The notes: generated by a model from the letters alone, not told the origin. A stretch of DNA of 64,000 nt from Squalus acanthias (GCA_030390025.1 CM059432.1:114764001-114828000), one strand, 5' to 3'. Positions 39,540 to 52,006 are shown, numbered from the stretch's first letter. Numbers and translations: made by a program.

Positions 39540-41660
39540 TGCCATCATAGGTTATTACACAAGATTAGGGCTCATGGCGTTGGGGGTAATTTTGTAGCAT
39601 GGATAGAGGATTGGTTAATGGACAGAAAATGGAGAGTAAGGATAAACAGATCTTTTTCAGGTTGGCAGGCTGTAACTAGTGGGGTGCTGCAAGGATCAGT
39701 GTTGGGGCCTCAGCTATTTACAATCTATATTAATGACCTAGATGAAGGGACCGAGTGTAATGTATCCAAGTTTGCTGACGATACAAAGCTAGGTGGGACA
39801 GTAAGCTGTGAGGAGAATACAAAGGGCTCAATTTTCACCGGCCCGTGGAGGCGGATTCGGAGGCGGGAGTGGTGTGAAAATAGCAGATTCAGGGGTCCCG
39901 AACCCATCCTGCCCCCAACCCGCCTCCATGCCAGTTTCCCAGGAGGCGGGTACCCGACCTGTGCTGGGACCCGCCTCCCTGAGGCGGGAAGGGGACTAGT
40001 GCCAATAAACTGCCTGTTAACAGGCAATTTTTTGCCTAATCCCTATTTTTAGCCCTGAAGTGTGGGCTTCCCGACAGTTCCGAACCACGCCGATTTAGCG
40101 AGGCGGACCGTCGGTCTGGAGGGGTCGAGATGTCCGGTGTGCAGGTGAGTGATGGGTGCATGAGTGCAGAGCTAAGTGTGTTTGGTGTGTGTAAAGTGTT
40201 TTAAGAACTTTTACTTACCTTAACTTTGTCCTGCAGGCTAGCTTCCTTAAGGTGTCGGGAGTCCCTCACATCCACGGCACAGAAAGCAGAATGGCCGCGG
40301 AGCTGTCAAAAGCTGCAGTCTCTGCTTTCTGTGCTGGATTGATTTCTAACTGAATCTAAGTACAGGGACTCAAGTTAGAAATCATATTGTCAGTGTTTGA
40401 CAGCTTCACAGAGCTGTCAAACGCTGAAATTTCATCTGTCAAAAGCTCTTGACAGATGAAATTTCAATGGCTGACGTCACCTGTATCCAAGGGACCCTTG
40501 ATTGGCCTGCTAAGCCTGCTGGGCGGGCTTAACAAGGTCTATCAAGGGAAAATACAGTGGGTTGGCCACAAGTTGATGGAGGCGGGACTACAACCCAAAA
40601 AGTGGGAGTCCCGCCTCCATTGACAAAATCCAGCCCAGAGAGTCTGCAAAGGGATATAGATAGGCTAAGTGAGTAGGCAGTAAGTTGGCAGATGGAGTAT
40701 AATGTAGGGAAATGTGAGGTTATTCACTTTGGTCGGAAGAATAGAAAAACAGAATATTTTTTAAATGGTGAGAAACTTTCAAATGTTGGTGTTCAGAGAG
40801 ATTTGGGTGTCCTCGTGAAAGAAACACAGAAAGCTAGCATGCAGGTACAGCAAGCAATAAGGAAGGCAAATTGCATTGTTCGCCTTTATTGCAAGGGGGT
40901 TGGAGTATAACAGTAAGGAAGTCTTGCTACAATTGTACAGGGCCTTGGTGAGACCACACCTGGAGTACTGTGCATAGTTTTGGTCTCCTTATCTGAGGAA
41001 GGATATACTTGCCTTGGAGGCGGTGCAACAAAGGTTCACTAGATTGATTCCTGGGATGAGAGGGCTGTCCTATGATGAGAGATTGTGTAGAATGGGCCTA
41101 TACTCTCTGGAGTTTAGAAGAATGAGAGGTGATCTCGTTGAAACATACAAGATTCTGAAGGAGATTGACAGGGTAGATGCTGAGAGGTTGTTTCCCCTGG
41201 CTGGAGTGTCTAGAACTAGGGGGCATAGTCACAGGATAAGGGGTCGACCATTTAAGACTGAGATGAGGAGGAATTTCTCATTGAAATATTTAAGATTCTG
41301 AGGGGGATTGACAGGGTAGATACTGAGAGGTTGTTTCTCCTGGCTGGAGAATCTAGCTAGGGGACAATAGTCTCAGGATAAGGGGTCAACCATTTAAGAC
41401 TGAGATGAGGAGGAATTTCTTCACTCAGAGGGTTGTGAATCTTTGGAATTCTCTACCCCAGAGGGCTGTGAATGCTGAGTCTTTGAGTATATTCAAGGCT
41501 GAGATAGATAGATTTTTGGACTCTAGGGGAATCAAGGGATATGGAGATCGGGCAGGAAAGTGGAGTTGAGGTCAATGATCAGCCATGATCTTATTGAATG
41601 GCGGAGCAGGCTCGAGGGGCCATATGGCCTACTCCTGCTCCTATTTCTTATGTCCTTATA
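39540..41660 (+). mobile_element. 5'-truncated CR1, split by a Harbinger MITE and carrying an internal duplication near 41277
   Basis: RT motifs QGSVLGP and FADD, CR1 C-terminus and 3' UTR. Confidence 0.88.
39824..40636. mobile_element. Non-autonomous Harbinger-type element in CR1 RT
   Basis: TIR GGGCTCAATTTT / AAAATCCAGCCC, flanks AAA/AGA, CR1 rejoins across it; subterminal GAGGCGGG repeats. Confidence 0.82.
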
Positions 41661-43679
41661 AGGAATGAAAGTACAGTGGAACCTCCATTATCCACATTTC
41701 CAATTATTCACCAGAATTTTCACAGGACAAACCTTGCGTGAGATGTCACTAATATTTCTTTAGTTACTTGTATTTCATTTTCTTGGTAAATTAAATTACA
41801 TAATGTTTCATTTATTATTCATATTGCACTTGTCTTCATTACTGTACTTGGCGTATTTCTCGATATTCATGTAACACCTAGTTTGGGAACTTTAAATTAT
41901 TCAGCAGTCTCCTCTGTCATGGCAGAGAATGGATGTGCCAATGGTATATTTTACATTTAAAAATAAATAAATAAATAGAAAAAACCTAAATGATCTTCCA
42001 TGGTATTGCTCATGGGTAGTCTAGGGTCAAGAGTGAGGGTTCTGAGACCACCGAGAATCCCCTGCAACCAAAACATGACCAAGGTTTTCCCATCAGTCTA
42101 GTACAATAAATCTATTGAAGCAACATATCACATGACTGATACAAGTAAAAATATGACATACCTCACAGTTATTTACTGGCCAATTTAAAAAAAAAATGTT
42201 CCCTCTCAAAACTTTTCAGTTATTTACATTTTTTTGCTCTAGCTCCCACAGTACATTTGTACTATTTGCTCACTCGTATTTGTTTATTCTTACCTTCCCT
42301 CTGTCCAAACTTTCCTTCCTTTACTCACTCATTTACACAATTGTAATATGAACTTGGCAGTCTGCACTTTGTAATTCTTACTGAAGCTGTCATTGGGGTA
42401 GGACTGAATCAAAGATATTTTTCTCACTGTGAAGTCACCAATGACCACTTGAACAGATTCACCATGGCAAACATCAGTATCCCTCAGTGACACAAGGAAA
42501 ATCATTTTCCCAAGCAAAACCTTTAGCTCAGAAATGCTATTTGAACTATATAAAATGACAATTTTTTAAAATTTGTGTTCTGCCACTCACACCTCACTAT
42601 TGTTATTGTAAATGGTTTGCCACGTAATGTGAAATGTCACAGTGCATTCTGGGCAGTAGTACCACAGGAGCAGGAATAACAACTACAGTTCCCATTATGC
42701 ATCTCTCTCACACAGAATTAATCTACAGCCGCTGGAGATCCCCAACACCCAAGGCCCAGAGGAAATCCTCCGAGTCTGCAATAGAACTCAAGACCAACGC
42801 CCTAGACATAGGGCAGGGCTGTATAGGGAAAATTTTTTGCGAGTATTTTGAAATGAAATTATTAATTTTATGGGTAAGTTTAGTGTTTTTTTCTAGAATT
42901 GTGTGATTTTTTTCCCCCTACCTTTACTAAATTACTGACCTGAAGTGAAGAAGCAGATTGGCAGCCAAATACAGTGGGAAGAAAACAATTGAGCAATTTA
43001 ATTGGTTTGCCTTCAATATTGATGGATTTGACTTCGTATGCAAAGCAAGTTGCTTACTGCTAACTGTTTACTGCTTGTTCATTGGTAGTTTTCTTACCTG
43101 CACAGTAATATTTGAGAACATCAGCATTGTTCAGTTCATGTTTATTAATGAATATGATATTTTCCCTTCTAAAAAAACATGAATTATCAGATAATTTGAA
43201 TTAAGCATGTTTGAATTAAGAGGAATAAACTGTACACTTTTCATGTGTGATGCGTTAACATGCAAGGTATATTGGCCACACTCTACAAATATGCATTAGA
43301 TGCAAGACTGAGATGCATCTATTCAACGGCAACTATTTTTTTCAACACTGGTACTCAGGCAGGTGTCGGGAGCGGCGAGACCGGAGGTCCAGCATACCAA
43401 TCTCAGACCGGCGGCAGCGTTCCAGAGCCACGTCACGATTCAAAACGTGACGTGGGCAGGAGGGAGCAGCTGATTGGGTGAGTGCGGCTTGGTAAGTATT
43501 TATACTACTCTATAGTTTGACAGTTAAGGTTCATAGTTTATAAAGTTTAGAAGGTCTTAATTTTGTGGATATAGTTTCTAGTGCTAGTAACCAAGGGCCC
43601 TTGAGTATATCATTTAATTGAGTGTAATTGGTGGTATTGATTTGATTTAATTTAAGTTCAATTAATTAAAGGGTAAGTC

Positions 43680-44630
43680 ATGACAGGACAGCCCAGCCCC
43701 GTGTTATGCTCCTCCTGCTCGATGTGGGAAATCAGGGACCCTTCCAGTGTCCCTGACAACCATGTGTGCGGGAAGTGTATCCAGCTGCAGCTACTGACAG
43801 ACCGCATTGCGGCGCTGGAGCTGCGGATGGATGCGTATTGGAGCATTCGCGATGCTGAGAACCTCGTGGATAGCACGTTTAGGGAGTTGGTCACACCGCA
43901 GGCATAGGGTGTACAGGCAGGAAGTAAATGGGTGACCACCAGGCAGAGTAAGAGGTGCAGGCAGGTAGTGCAGGGGTCCCCTGTGGACATCCCCCCTCTC
44001 AAATAGATATACCACTTTGGATACTGTTGGGGGGATGACTTATCAGGGGAAGGCATCAGCAGCCAACTTCCTGGCACCATGGGTGGCTCTGCTGCACAGG
44101 CTGGGAGGAAAAAGAGTGGAAGAGCAATAGTGATAGGGGACTCAATTGTAAGGGGAATAGATAGGCGTTTCTGCGGCCGCAACCGAGACTCCAGGATGGT
44201 GTGTTGCCTCCCTGGTGCAAGGGTCAAGGACGTCTCGGAGCGGCTACAGAACATTTTGGAGGGGGAGGGCGAACAGCCAGCTGTCGTGGTGCACATAGGC
44301 ACCAACGATATAGGTAAAAAAGGGGATGAGGTCCTAAAAGCAGAATATAGGGAGTTAGGAGGTAAATTAAAAAATAGGACCTCAAAGGTAGTAATCTCAG
44401 GATTGCTGCCAGTGCCACGTGCTAGTCAGAGTAGAAATAGGAGGATATTTCAAATGAATACGTGGCTAGAGGAATGGTGCAAGGGGGAGGGATTCAAATT
44501 CCTGGGACATTGGAACCGGTTCTGGGGGAGGTGGGACCAGTACAAACCGGACGGTCTGCACCTGGGCAGGGTCGGGACTGCTGTCCTAGGGGGAGTGTTT
44601 GCTAGTGTTGTTGGGGAGGGTTTAAACTAA
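43680..44630 (+). pseudogene. CR1 ORF1 (zinc finger, leucine zipper, SGNH esterase)
   Basis: CSSC..CGKC, GDSIVRG, HIGTND, DGLHL; stop at 43905-43907 and a frameshift near 43995. Confidence 0.9.
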
Positions 44631-44674
44631 AGTGGCAGGGGGTTGGGCACCTGAGCAGGGAGACAGAGGAAAGC

Positions 44675-47552
44675 GTGTCAGGAAGGGACAGAAGGTATGG
44701 AGTAAAAGGTAAAGTGTTAAAAAAGGAAAAAGCAGGAACTAAGTGTCACAAAACATATTTGAAAGTTCTTTATCTGAATGCACGTAGCATTCATAACAAA
44801 ATGGACGAGTTAACGGCACAAATAACTACGTATGGGTATGATCTTGTGGCCATTACAGAAACATGGCTGCAGGGTGACAAAGACTGGGAATTAAATATGC
44901 CAGGGTATTTAACAATCAGGAAGGACAGGCAGGAAGGAAGGGGAGGTGGGGTGGCTATCTTAATAAAGGAAGGAATCACTGTAATACAGAGAAATGATAT
45001 TGGGTCAAAGGATCAGGATAATGAAACAGTTTGGGTGGAGATAAGGAATAATAAGGGGAAAAAAACACTAGTGGGAGTAGTATATAGGCCTCCTAATAGT
45101 TGCAACTCTGCTGGAAGAAGTATTAATCAGGAAATAGTTGGGGCATGTAATAAGGGAACAGCTATAATTATGGGGGATTTTAACTATCATATTAACTGGA
45201 CAAATCAAATTGGGCAGGGCAGCCTTGAGGAAGAGTTTATTGAGTGTCTTAGGGATGGATTTCTTGAGCAGTATGTAACTGATCCTACAAGGGGGCAAGC
45301 AACCTTGGACCTGGTCCTGTGTAATGAGTCAGGATTAATTAATAATGTCCTAGTTAAGGATCCCCTTGGAATGAGTGACCATAACATGGTTGAATTCCAT
45401 ATCCAATTAGAGGGTGAGAAGGTTGGTTCTCAAACAAGCGTACTGAGCTAGAATAAAGGAGACTATGATGGTATGAGAGCGGAATTGATTAAAGTGGACT
45501 GGGAAAATAGATTAAAGGGTAAGACGGTACATGAGCAGTGGTGTTCATTTAAGGAGTTATTTTACAACTTTCAAAAGAAATATATTCCACTGAGGAAAAA
45601 AGGGTGTAAAAGAAATGACAGCCATCCGTGGCTAAGTAAAGAAATTAAGGATAGTATCCGACTAAAATCAAGGACATATAAGGTAGCCAAACTTAGTGGG
45701 AGGATAGAAGATTGGGATGTCTTCAAAAGACAGCAAAAAGTAACTAAAGGATTGATTAAGAAAGGGAAGATAGATTATGAAAATAAATTAGCAAAAAATA
45801 TAAAAACAGATAGCAAGAGTTTCTATAGTTATATAAAAAGAAAAAGGGTGGCTAAGGCAAACGTAGGTCCCTTAGAGGAGGAGACCGGGAAATTAATGGT
45901 GGGAAACATGGAGATGGCAAAAATGCTGAACAAATATTTTGTTTCAGTCTTTACGGTAGAGGACACTAAGAATATCCCAACACTGGACAAACAGGGGGCT
46001 CTAGGGAGGGAGGAGCTAAATACGATTAAAATCACTAAGGAATTGGTACTCAGTAAAATAATGGGACTCAAGGCGGATAAATCCCCTGGACCTGATGGCT
46101 TACATCCTAGGGTCTTGAGGGAAGTGGCAGCAGGGATTGTGGATGCTTTGGTAATAATTTTCCAAAATTCCCTGGACTCAGCAAAGGTCCCGGCAGATTG
46201 GAAAACTGCTAATGTAACACCCTTATTTAAAAAGGGTAGTAGGCAGAAGGCTGGAAATTATAGACCAGTTAGCCTAACATCTGTGGTGGGTAAAATTTTG
46301 GAGTCTATTATTAAGGAGACAGTAACGGAACATTTAGATAAACATAATTTAATAGGAGAAGTCAGCATGGCTTTATGAAGGGGAAGTCATGTCTGACAAA
46401 TTTGCTTGAGTTCTTTGAGGACATAACGTACAGGGTGGATAAAGGGGAACCAGTGGACGTAGTGTATTTAGACTTCCAGAAGGCATTCGACAAGGTGCCA
46501 CATAAAAGATTATTGCTCAAGATAAAAAATCACTGGATTGGGGGTAATATTCTGGCATGGGTGAAGGATTGGTTATCTAACAAGAAGCAGAGAGTTGGGA
46601 TAAATGGTTCATTCTCGGACTGGCAACCAGTAGCCAGTGGTGTTCCGCAGGGGTCGGTGCTGGGTCCCCAACTCTTTACAATCTATATTAACGATTTGGA
46701 GGAGGGGACCGAGTGTAACATATCAAAGTTTGCAGATGATACAAAGATGGGAGGGAAAGTAGAAAGTGAGGAGGACATAAAAAACCTACAAGGGGATATA
46801 GACAGGCTGGGTGAGTGGGCGGAGATTTGGCAGATGCAATACAATATTGGAAAATGTGAGGTTATGCACTTTGGCAGGAAAAATCAGAGAGCAAGTTATT
46901 ATCTTAATGGCGAGAAACTGGAAAGTACTGCAGTACAAAGGGATCTGGGGGTCCTAGTGCAAGAAAATCAAAAAGTTAATATGCAGGTGCAGCAGGTGAT
47001 CAAGAAGGCCAACGGAATGTTGGCTTTTATTGCTAGGGGGATAGATTATAAAAACAGGGAGGTATTGCTGCAGTTATATAAGGTATTGGTGAGACCGCAC
47101 CTGGAATACTGCATACAGTTTTGGTGTCCATACTTAAGAAAAGACATACTTGCTCTCGAGGCAGTACAAAGAAGGTTCACTCGGTTAATCCCGGGGATGA
47201 GGGGGTGGACATATGAGGAGAGGTTGAGTAGATTGGGACTCTACTCATTGGAGTTCAGAAGAATGAGAGGCGATCTTATTGAAACATATAAGATTGGGTG
47301 AATGCGGTAAGGATGTTCCCAAGGATGGGTGAAACTAGAACTAGGGGGCATAATCTTAGAATAAGGGGCTGCTCTTTCAAAACTGAGATGAGGAGAAACT
47401 TCTTCATTCAGAGGGTAGTAGGTCTGTGGAATTTGCTGCCCCAGGAAGCTGTGGAAGCTACATCATTAAATAAATTTAAAACAGAAATAGACAGTTTCCT
47501 AGAAGTAAAGGGAATTAGGGGTTACGGGGAGCGGGCAGGAAATTGGACATGA
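44675..47552 (+). pseudogene. CR1 ORF2 (APE endonuclease plus reverse transcriptase)
   Basis: YLNARS, ITETW, GDFN, SDH, NYRPVSLTS, QGSVLGP, FADD; one stop (45449-45451) and frame breaks near 46375 and 47297. Confidence 0.93.
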
Positions 47553-47869
47553 GGCTGAGTTCGGATCGGTCAAGGCCCTGTGGGTGGCGGAGCGGGCCCA
47601 GGGGCTGAGTGGCCGGGTCCTGCTCCTACTTCTTGTGTTCTTTAGATTTGAGGTTAGGATCAGATCAGCCATGATCTTATTGAATGGCGGAGCAGGCTCG
47701 AAGGGCCGATTGGCCTACTCCTGCTCCTATTTCTTATGTTCTTATGTTCTAACTCAATATAAACACAAATACAATGCAAATTTCTTTCAAATGCTATACA
47801 GAAAGAAAACTCACCACTTCAGCACTGTACAGTGTGCCATTAGCATGGTGCTATTATTATAGTACTCTT

Positions 47870-49168
47870 CCAGCCATACAGGTGCCTTTCAGACCTACAG
47901 CTTAATGTTGAGGGTCTTTCAGCAGCCAAGTGTTCAAGTCACAACACTATCGCTATTTGCCACAAGGTTGACATAATTTGCCTTGAAGAAACTCATATTG
48001 CAACAGATGAAGCTGTTCACTTCAATATTGATGGATTTGACTTCTGTAACAACGTGTTAGATGCAACACACGTCTTATCAACTAATAACTGTGATGTCAT
48101 ACAGGTTGGCGGTCTCAAGATTGCGAACACAAGTATAAACCATCAAGTGAACCTGCGAAAACATCTCTTTCTCACCCAGCTGTCTATTTTGGTGACTTTA
48201 ATAGCCACCACACAGACTGCTGTTACAATCTAACGACGACTGTGATCGGTTACAAATTTGGGCATCTAGTAATGACCATGCCCCAATCCATGACCATAAA
48301 CAGTATTGCACCTTCCACTCAACAAGATGGGGTCAAGACTACTCCCCTGACACCACTGGGTCACATCAGTCAACAGTTACCCACATCCAGCATCATGCTC
48401 TGGTCTCGATGGCTTTCCACACAGTAACACCGACCACCACTTATCCATGTTGGCCTGCGATTACCATTCATGAAAAGTGCAAGGGAACCTCGATTTCCAC
48501 TGTAGCCGCAGCCCTCGTGACCAAATACTCACCCTAATCATCTTCACTGAAAACGGCTTTCAGAAAAGCCTCAAGACTGGTGTTGTCTGCCTCAATCTAA
48601 CAGCAGCTGATGGTACTAGCTGGCATACTGGTCTTCTGGCGAAAATATCGAGAACCCTGCCATATTGAGCCTCCCCTGCCTGGTTGAATTACTGCTACGG
48701 GGTCAACATTTTCAAATACACATGGCTGACGCATCAGCTCATGGAAATACTAAATCAATGGCCTCCCTCAGGGATCAGTTCTAGCGCCTTTTAAATCTGT
48801 ACATAAATGAGCTGCCTGTGACCAGATCGCGGAAATTAATCTATGCTGATGACAGTGTCTTTCAAACTAGTGACGTTTCCACCCTGGTATGATATGAAAC
48901 TTATGGCAGAGTACTGCCTGAAATGACGTCTTCAACCATGTACCACAAAGACTGTATCCTCTATCTTTCACTTGCACAATGCTAATGCCTCTCAGTATCA
49001 TCCTAAAAGGTCAACTTCTTAAACACAATGCTTACCCTATTTACTTGGCTGTCACCTCGACCAGCCACTAACCTACAAAAACCAGCTAATAAAAACTGCT
49101 GAAAAATTCAAGACCCCAAATAACCTAATAACCAACTTTGTTGGCTCTGCCTGGGGAGCAAAAGCCTC
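47870..49168 (+). mobile_element. Heavily decayed Vingi/Ingi-like non-LTR retrotransposon
   Basis: Manual translation gives QLNVEGLSAAK, HKVDIICLEETH, KTGVVCLNLTAA..WHTGLLAK, NGLPQGSVLAP, LYINELPVTRSRKLIYADD, NNLIT..GSAWGA; large internal deletion; clade call from recalled motifs. Confidence 0.7.
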
Positions 49169-50767
49169 AAGAACATAAGAAATAGGAGCAGGAGTAGGCC
49201 ATTCAGCCCTTATCCACCATTCAATAAGATCATGGCTAATCTTCGACCTCAGCTTCACCTTCCCACACTATCTCCATATCCCTTGATTCCCTTAGTATCC
49301 AAAAATTCTATCGAGCTCTATCTTGAATATACTCAACGACTGAACATCCACAGCCCTCTGGTGTAGAGAATTCCAAAGATTCACAACCCTTTGAGTGAAT
49401 AAATTTCTCCTCATCTCAGTCCTAAATGGCCGACCCCTTATCCTGAGACTGTGACCCCTAGTTCTAGACTCCCCAGCCAAGGGAAGTATCCTCCCAGCAG
49501 CTACCTTGTCAAGCCCCTTAAGAATATCACACGTTTCAATGAGATCACCTCTCATTCTTCTAAATTCTAGGGAATATGGGCCTAGTCTACTCAATCTCTC
49601 CTCATAGGACAATCCCCCCAATCCAGGAATCAGTCTAGTGAACCTAGGTTGCACTCCCTCTAAGGCAAGTACAGCCTTCCTTAGGTAAGGAGACCAAGGG
49701 GGAAAAATTGGGTGCCTTGGCGCTAACGGGGTGCAAAGCAACTAGCACCTGGGCGCGGCGCCGCCCACACCTCCCGCGAAATTCAGCGGGAGGTTAGCAG
49801 CGGCACTAACCGGTAGTGCCCCGCCGCCGGCGATGATGTATCCCGGCCGTGATCTTCAGGAGCGCCCCTGACTTACCGCCGGACGCTATGTCCGACGGGG
49901 TCAGGGGGGCCTACCTGCGGCCGGGGAGGCGATATTTAAAGGCGAAGTGAGGCGCAGCCATTTTTGTTGCTGGCCACCTGCCAGTACCTGCCTGCGCCCC
50001 CGTCCCTGGCCTCCTTAACGGCCCCCACCCCCGCGGAGTGCAGGCTGCGCTCCAAGAGCCCGGCACTTCTCTTGAGTGCCGGGCTCTTTGGCCGGCACTC
50101 CTGATCCCCGGGGGCCCAGCTGAGCCCAGGGTCGCGCTGCGCAAGGCCCCTCCCCTTTAAGAAGGGGAGGAAGGCCTCCAATACCGTGACACGTAGCGCC
50201 GCAATATTGACTCGCAGCGCCCCAAGAGGGATGTGGGGCACTTCCAGTAGCGCCCCACCACTCAATTTCCGGCGCGGGGATGCTAATTTTTCCGGAGCGC
50301 TAAAAGTAGCGCCCCGGCGAAGTGGGGCGCTACTAAATTTTTAGCCCTAAGACTGTACGTAGTACTCCAGGTGTGGTCTCACCAAGGTCCTATATAATTG
50401 CAGTAAGACTTCTTTACTCTTATACTCCAATTCTTTTGTAATAAAAGCTAACACACCATTTGCTTTCCTAATTGCTTGCTGTATGTACCTGCATGTTAAC
50501 TTTCTGTGATTTATGTACAAGGACACCCGGGTTCCTCTGAATGCCAACATTTCCCAGTCTCCCACCATTTAAAAAATATTCTGCTTTTGTATTTTTCCAA
50601 CCAAAATGGAATACTTCACATTTCTCCACATTATATTCCATCTGCCATGTCCTTGCCCACTCACATGACATGTCTATATCCCTTTCCAGCCTCTTTGCAT
50701 CCTCGCCACATCTTACTTTCCCACCTAGCTTTGTATCATCAGCAAACTTGGATGTCATTGATATAGA
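49169..50767 (-). mobile_element. 5'-truncated CR1, split by a MITE
   Basis: Tail at 49169; ORFs 49292-49741 and 50347-50860 with SKFADDTK. Confidence 0.88.
49698..50347. mobile_element. GC-rich Harbinger-type MITE (same family as 9292-9674)
   Basis: TIR GGGGGAAAAATT / AATTTTTAGCCC, flanks CAA/TAA, CR1 GGAGACCAA|GACTGTAC rejoins; many AGCGCC/GGCGCT motifs. Confidence 0.82.
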
Positions 50768-51692
50768 TTGCTGACGATACAAAGCTAGGTGAGAAAGTAA
50801 GCTGTGAGGAGGACACAAAGAGCCTGCAAAGGCATATAGACAGGTTAAGTGAGTGGGCAATAAGGTGGCAGATGGAGTATAATGTGGGGAAATGTGAGGT
50901 TATTCACTTTGATAGGAAGAATAGAAAAACAGAATATTTTTTAAATGGTAAGAAACTATTAAATGTTGCTGTTCAGAGAGATTTAGGTGTCCTCATACAG
51001 GAAACACAGAAAGTTAGCATGCAAGTACAGCAAGCAATTAGGAAGGCAAATGGCATGTTGGCCTTTATTGCAAGGGGGTTGGAGTACAAGAGTAAAGAAG
51101 TCTTACTACAATTGTACAGGGCTTTGCTGAGACCACACCTGGAGTACTGTGCACAGTTTTGGTCTCCTTATCTGAGGAAGGATATACTTGCCTTAGAGGC
51201 GGTGCAACAAAAGTTCACTAGATTGATCCCTGGGATGAGAGGGTTGTCCTATGAGGAGAGATTGTGTAGATTGGGCCTATACTCTCTGGAGTTTAGAAAA
51301 ATGAGAGGGGATCTCATTGAAATATTTAAGATTCTGAGGGGGATTGACAGGATAGATACTGAGAGGTTGTTTCTCCTGGCTGGAGAATCTAGCTAGGCGA
51401 CATAGTCTCAGGATAACGGGTCGACCATTTAAAGCTGAGATGAGGAGGAATTTCTTCACTCAGAGGGTTATGAATCTTTGGAATTCTCTGCCCCAAAGGG
51501 CTGTGGATGCTGAATCATTGAGTATATTCAAGCTGAGATAGATAGATTTTGGTATCTAGGCGAATCAAGGGATATGGGATCGGACAGGATAGTGGAGTTG
51601 AGCTCGAAGATCAGCCATGACCATATTGAATGGCAGAGCAGGCTCGCGGGGCCGTATGGCCTAATCCTGCTCCTAATTCTTATGTTCTTATG
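50768..51692 (+). mobile_element. 5'-truncated CR1, head-to-head with the preceding copy
   Basis: Starts at ADDTKLG; ORF 50872-51396; 3' UTR and tail. Confidence 0.88.
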
Positions 51693-51856
51693 TAAATAAA
51701 GGAGGCCCAAGCACTGATCCTTGCGGTTCCTCACTAATTACAGCCTGCCAAACTGAAATTGACCTGTTTATTCCTATTTTTCTGTCCGTTAACCAAGCCT
51801 CACTCCAAATATATTTCATCCACTGGTTCCCCCTTATCTACCCTGTTAGTTACAAC

Positions 51857-52006
51857 CAACGTTTCTTCTAAACTGCGCGGCAGCGGTCCCGCACAGCCTG
51901 GGACCATCTTTTTCAATGTTAAATTTCACGCACGCACGAAACTGTGAATGGCCTCGCAGCCCAATAAAGGAGCCGCGCATCCAAAAGAAAATTAGGGGGA
52001 ACATTG
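51857..52006. mobile_element. hAT-type MITE, 150 bp
   Basis: Perfect 8-bp TSD GTTACAAC (51849-51856, 52007-52014); imperfect TIR CAACGTTTCTTCTAA / TTAGGGGGAACATTG. Confidence 0.88.

Larger units (their letters stand above)
43358..47751 (+). mobile_element. Near-intact full-length CR1 LINE
   Basis: CpG-rich 5' UTR, ORF1, ORF2, doubled 3' UTR and (TTCTTATG)n tail; candidate 5-bp TSD ACTCA (43353-43357, 47752-47756). Confidence 0.93.

Noticed and set aside
42329..42517. Possible extra RIMS2 exon next to a GTGAGT donor-like site
   Set aside because: Peptide unlike RIM proteins and a stop precedes the donor
18674..50347. Harbinger targeting preference for CR1
   Set aside because: CR1 occupies a large share of the window and the four sites are at unrelated positions, so chance suffices
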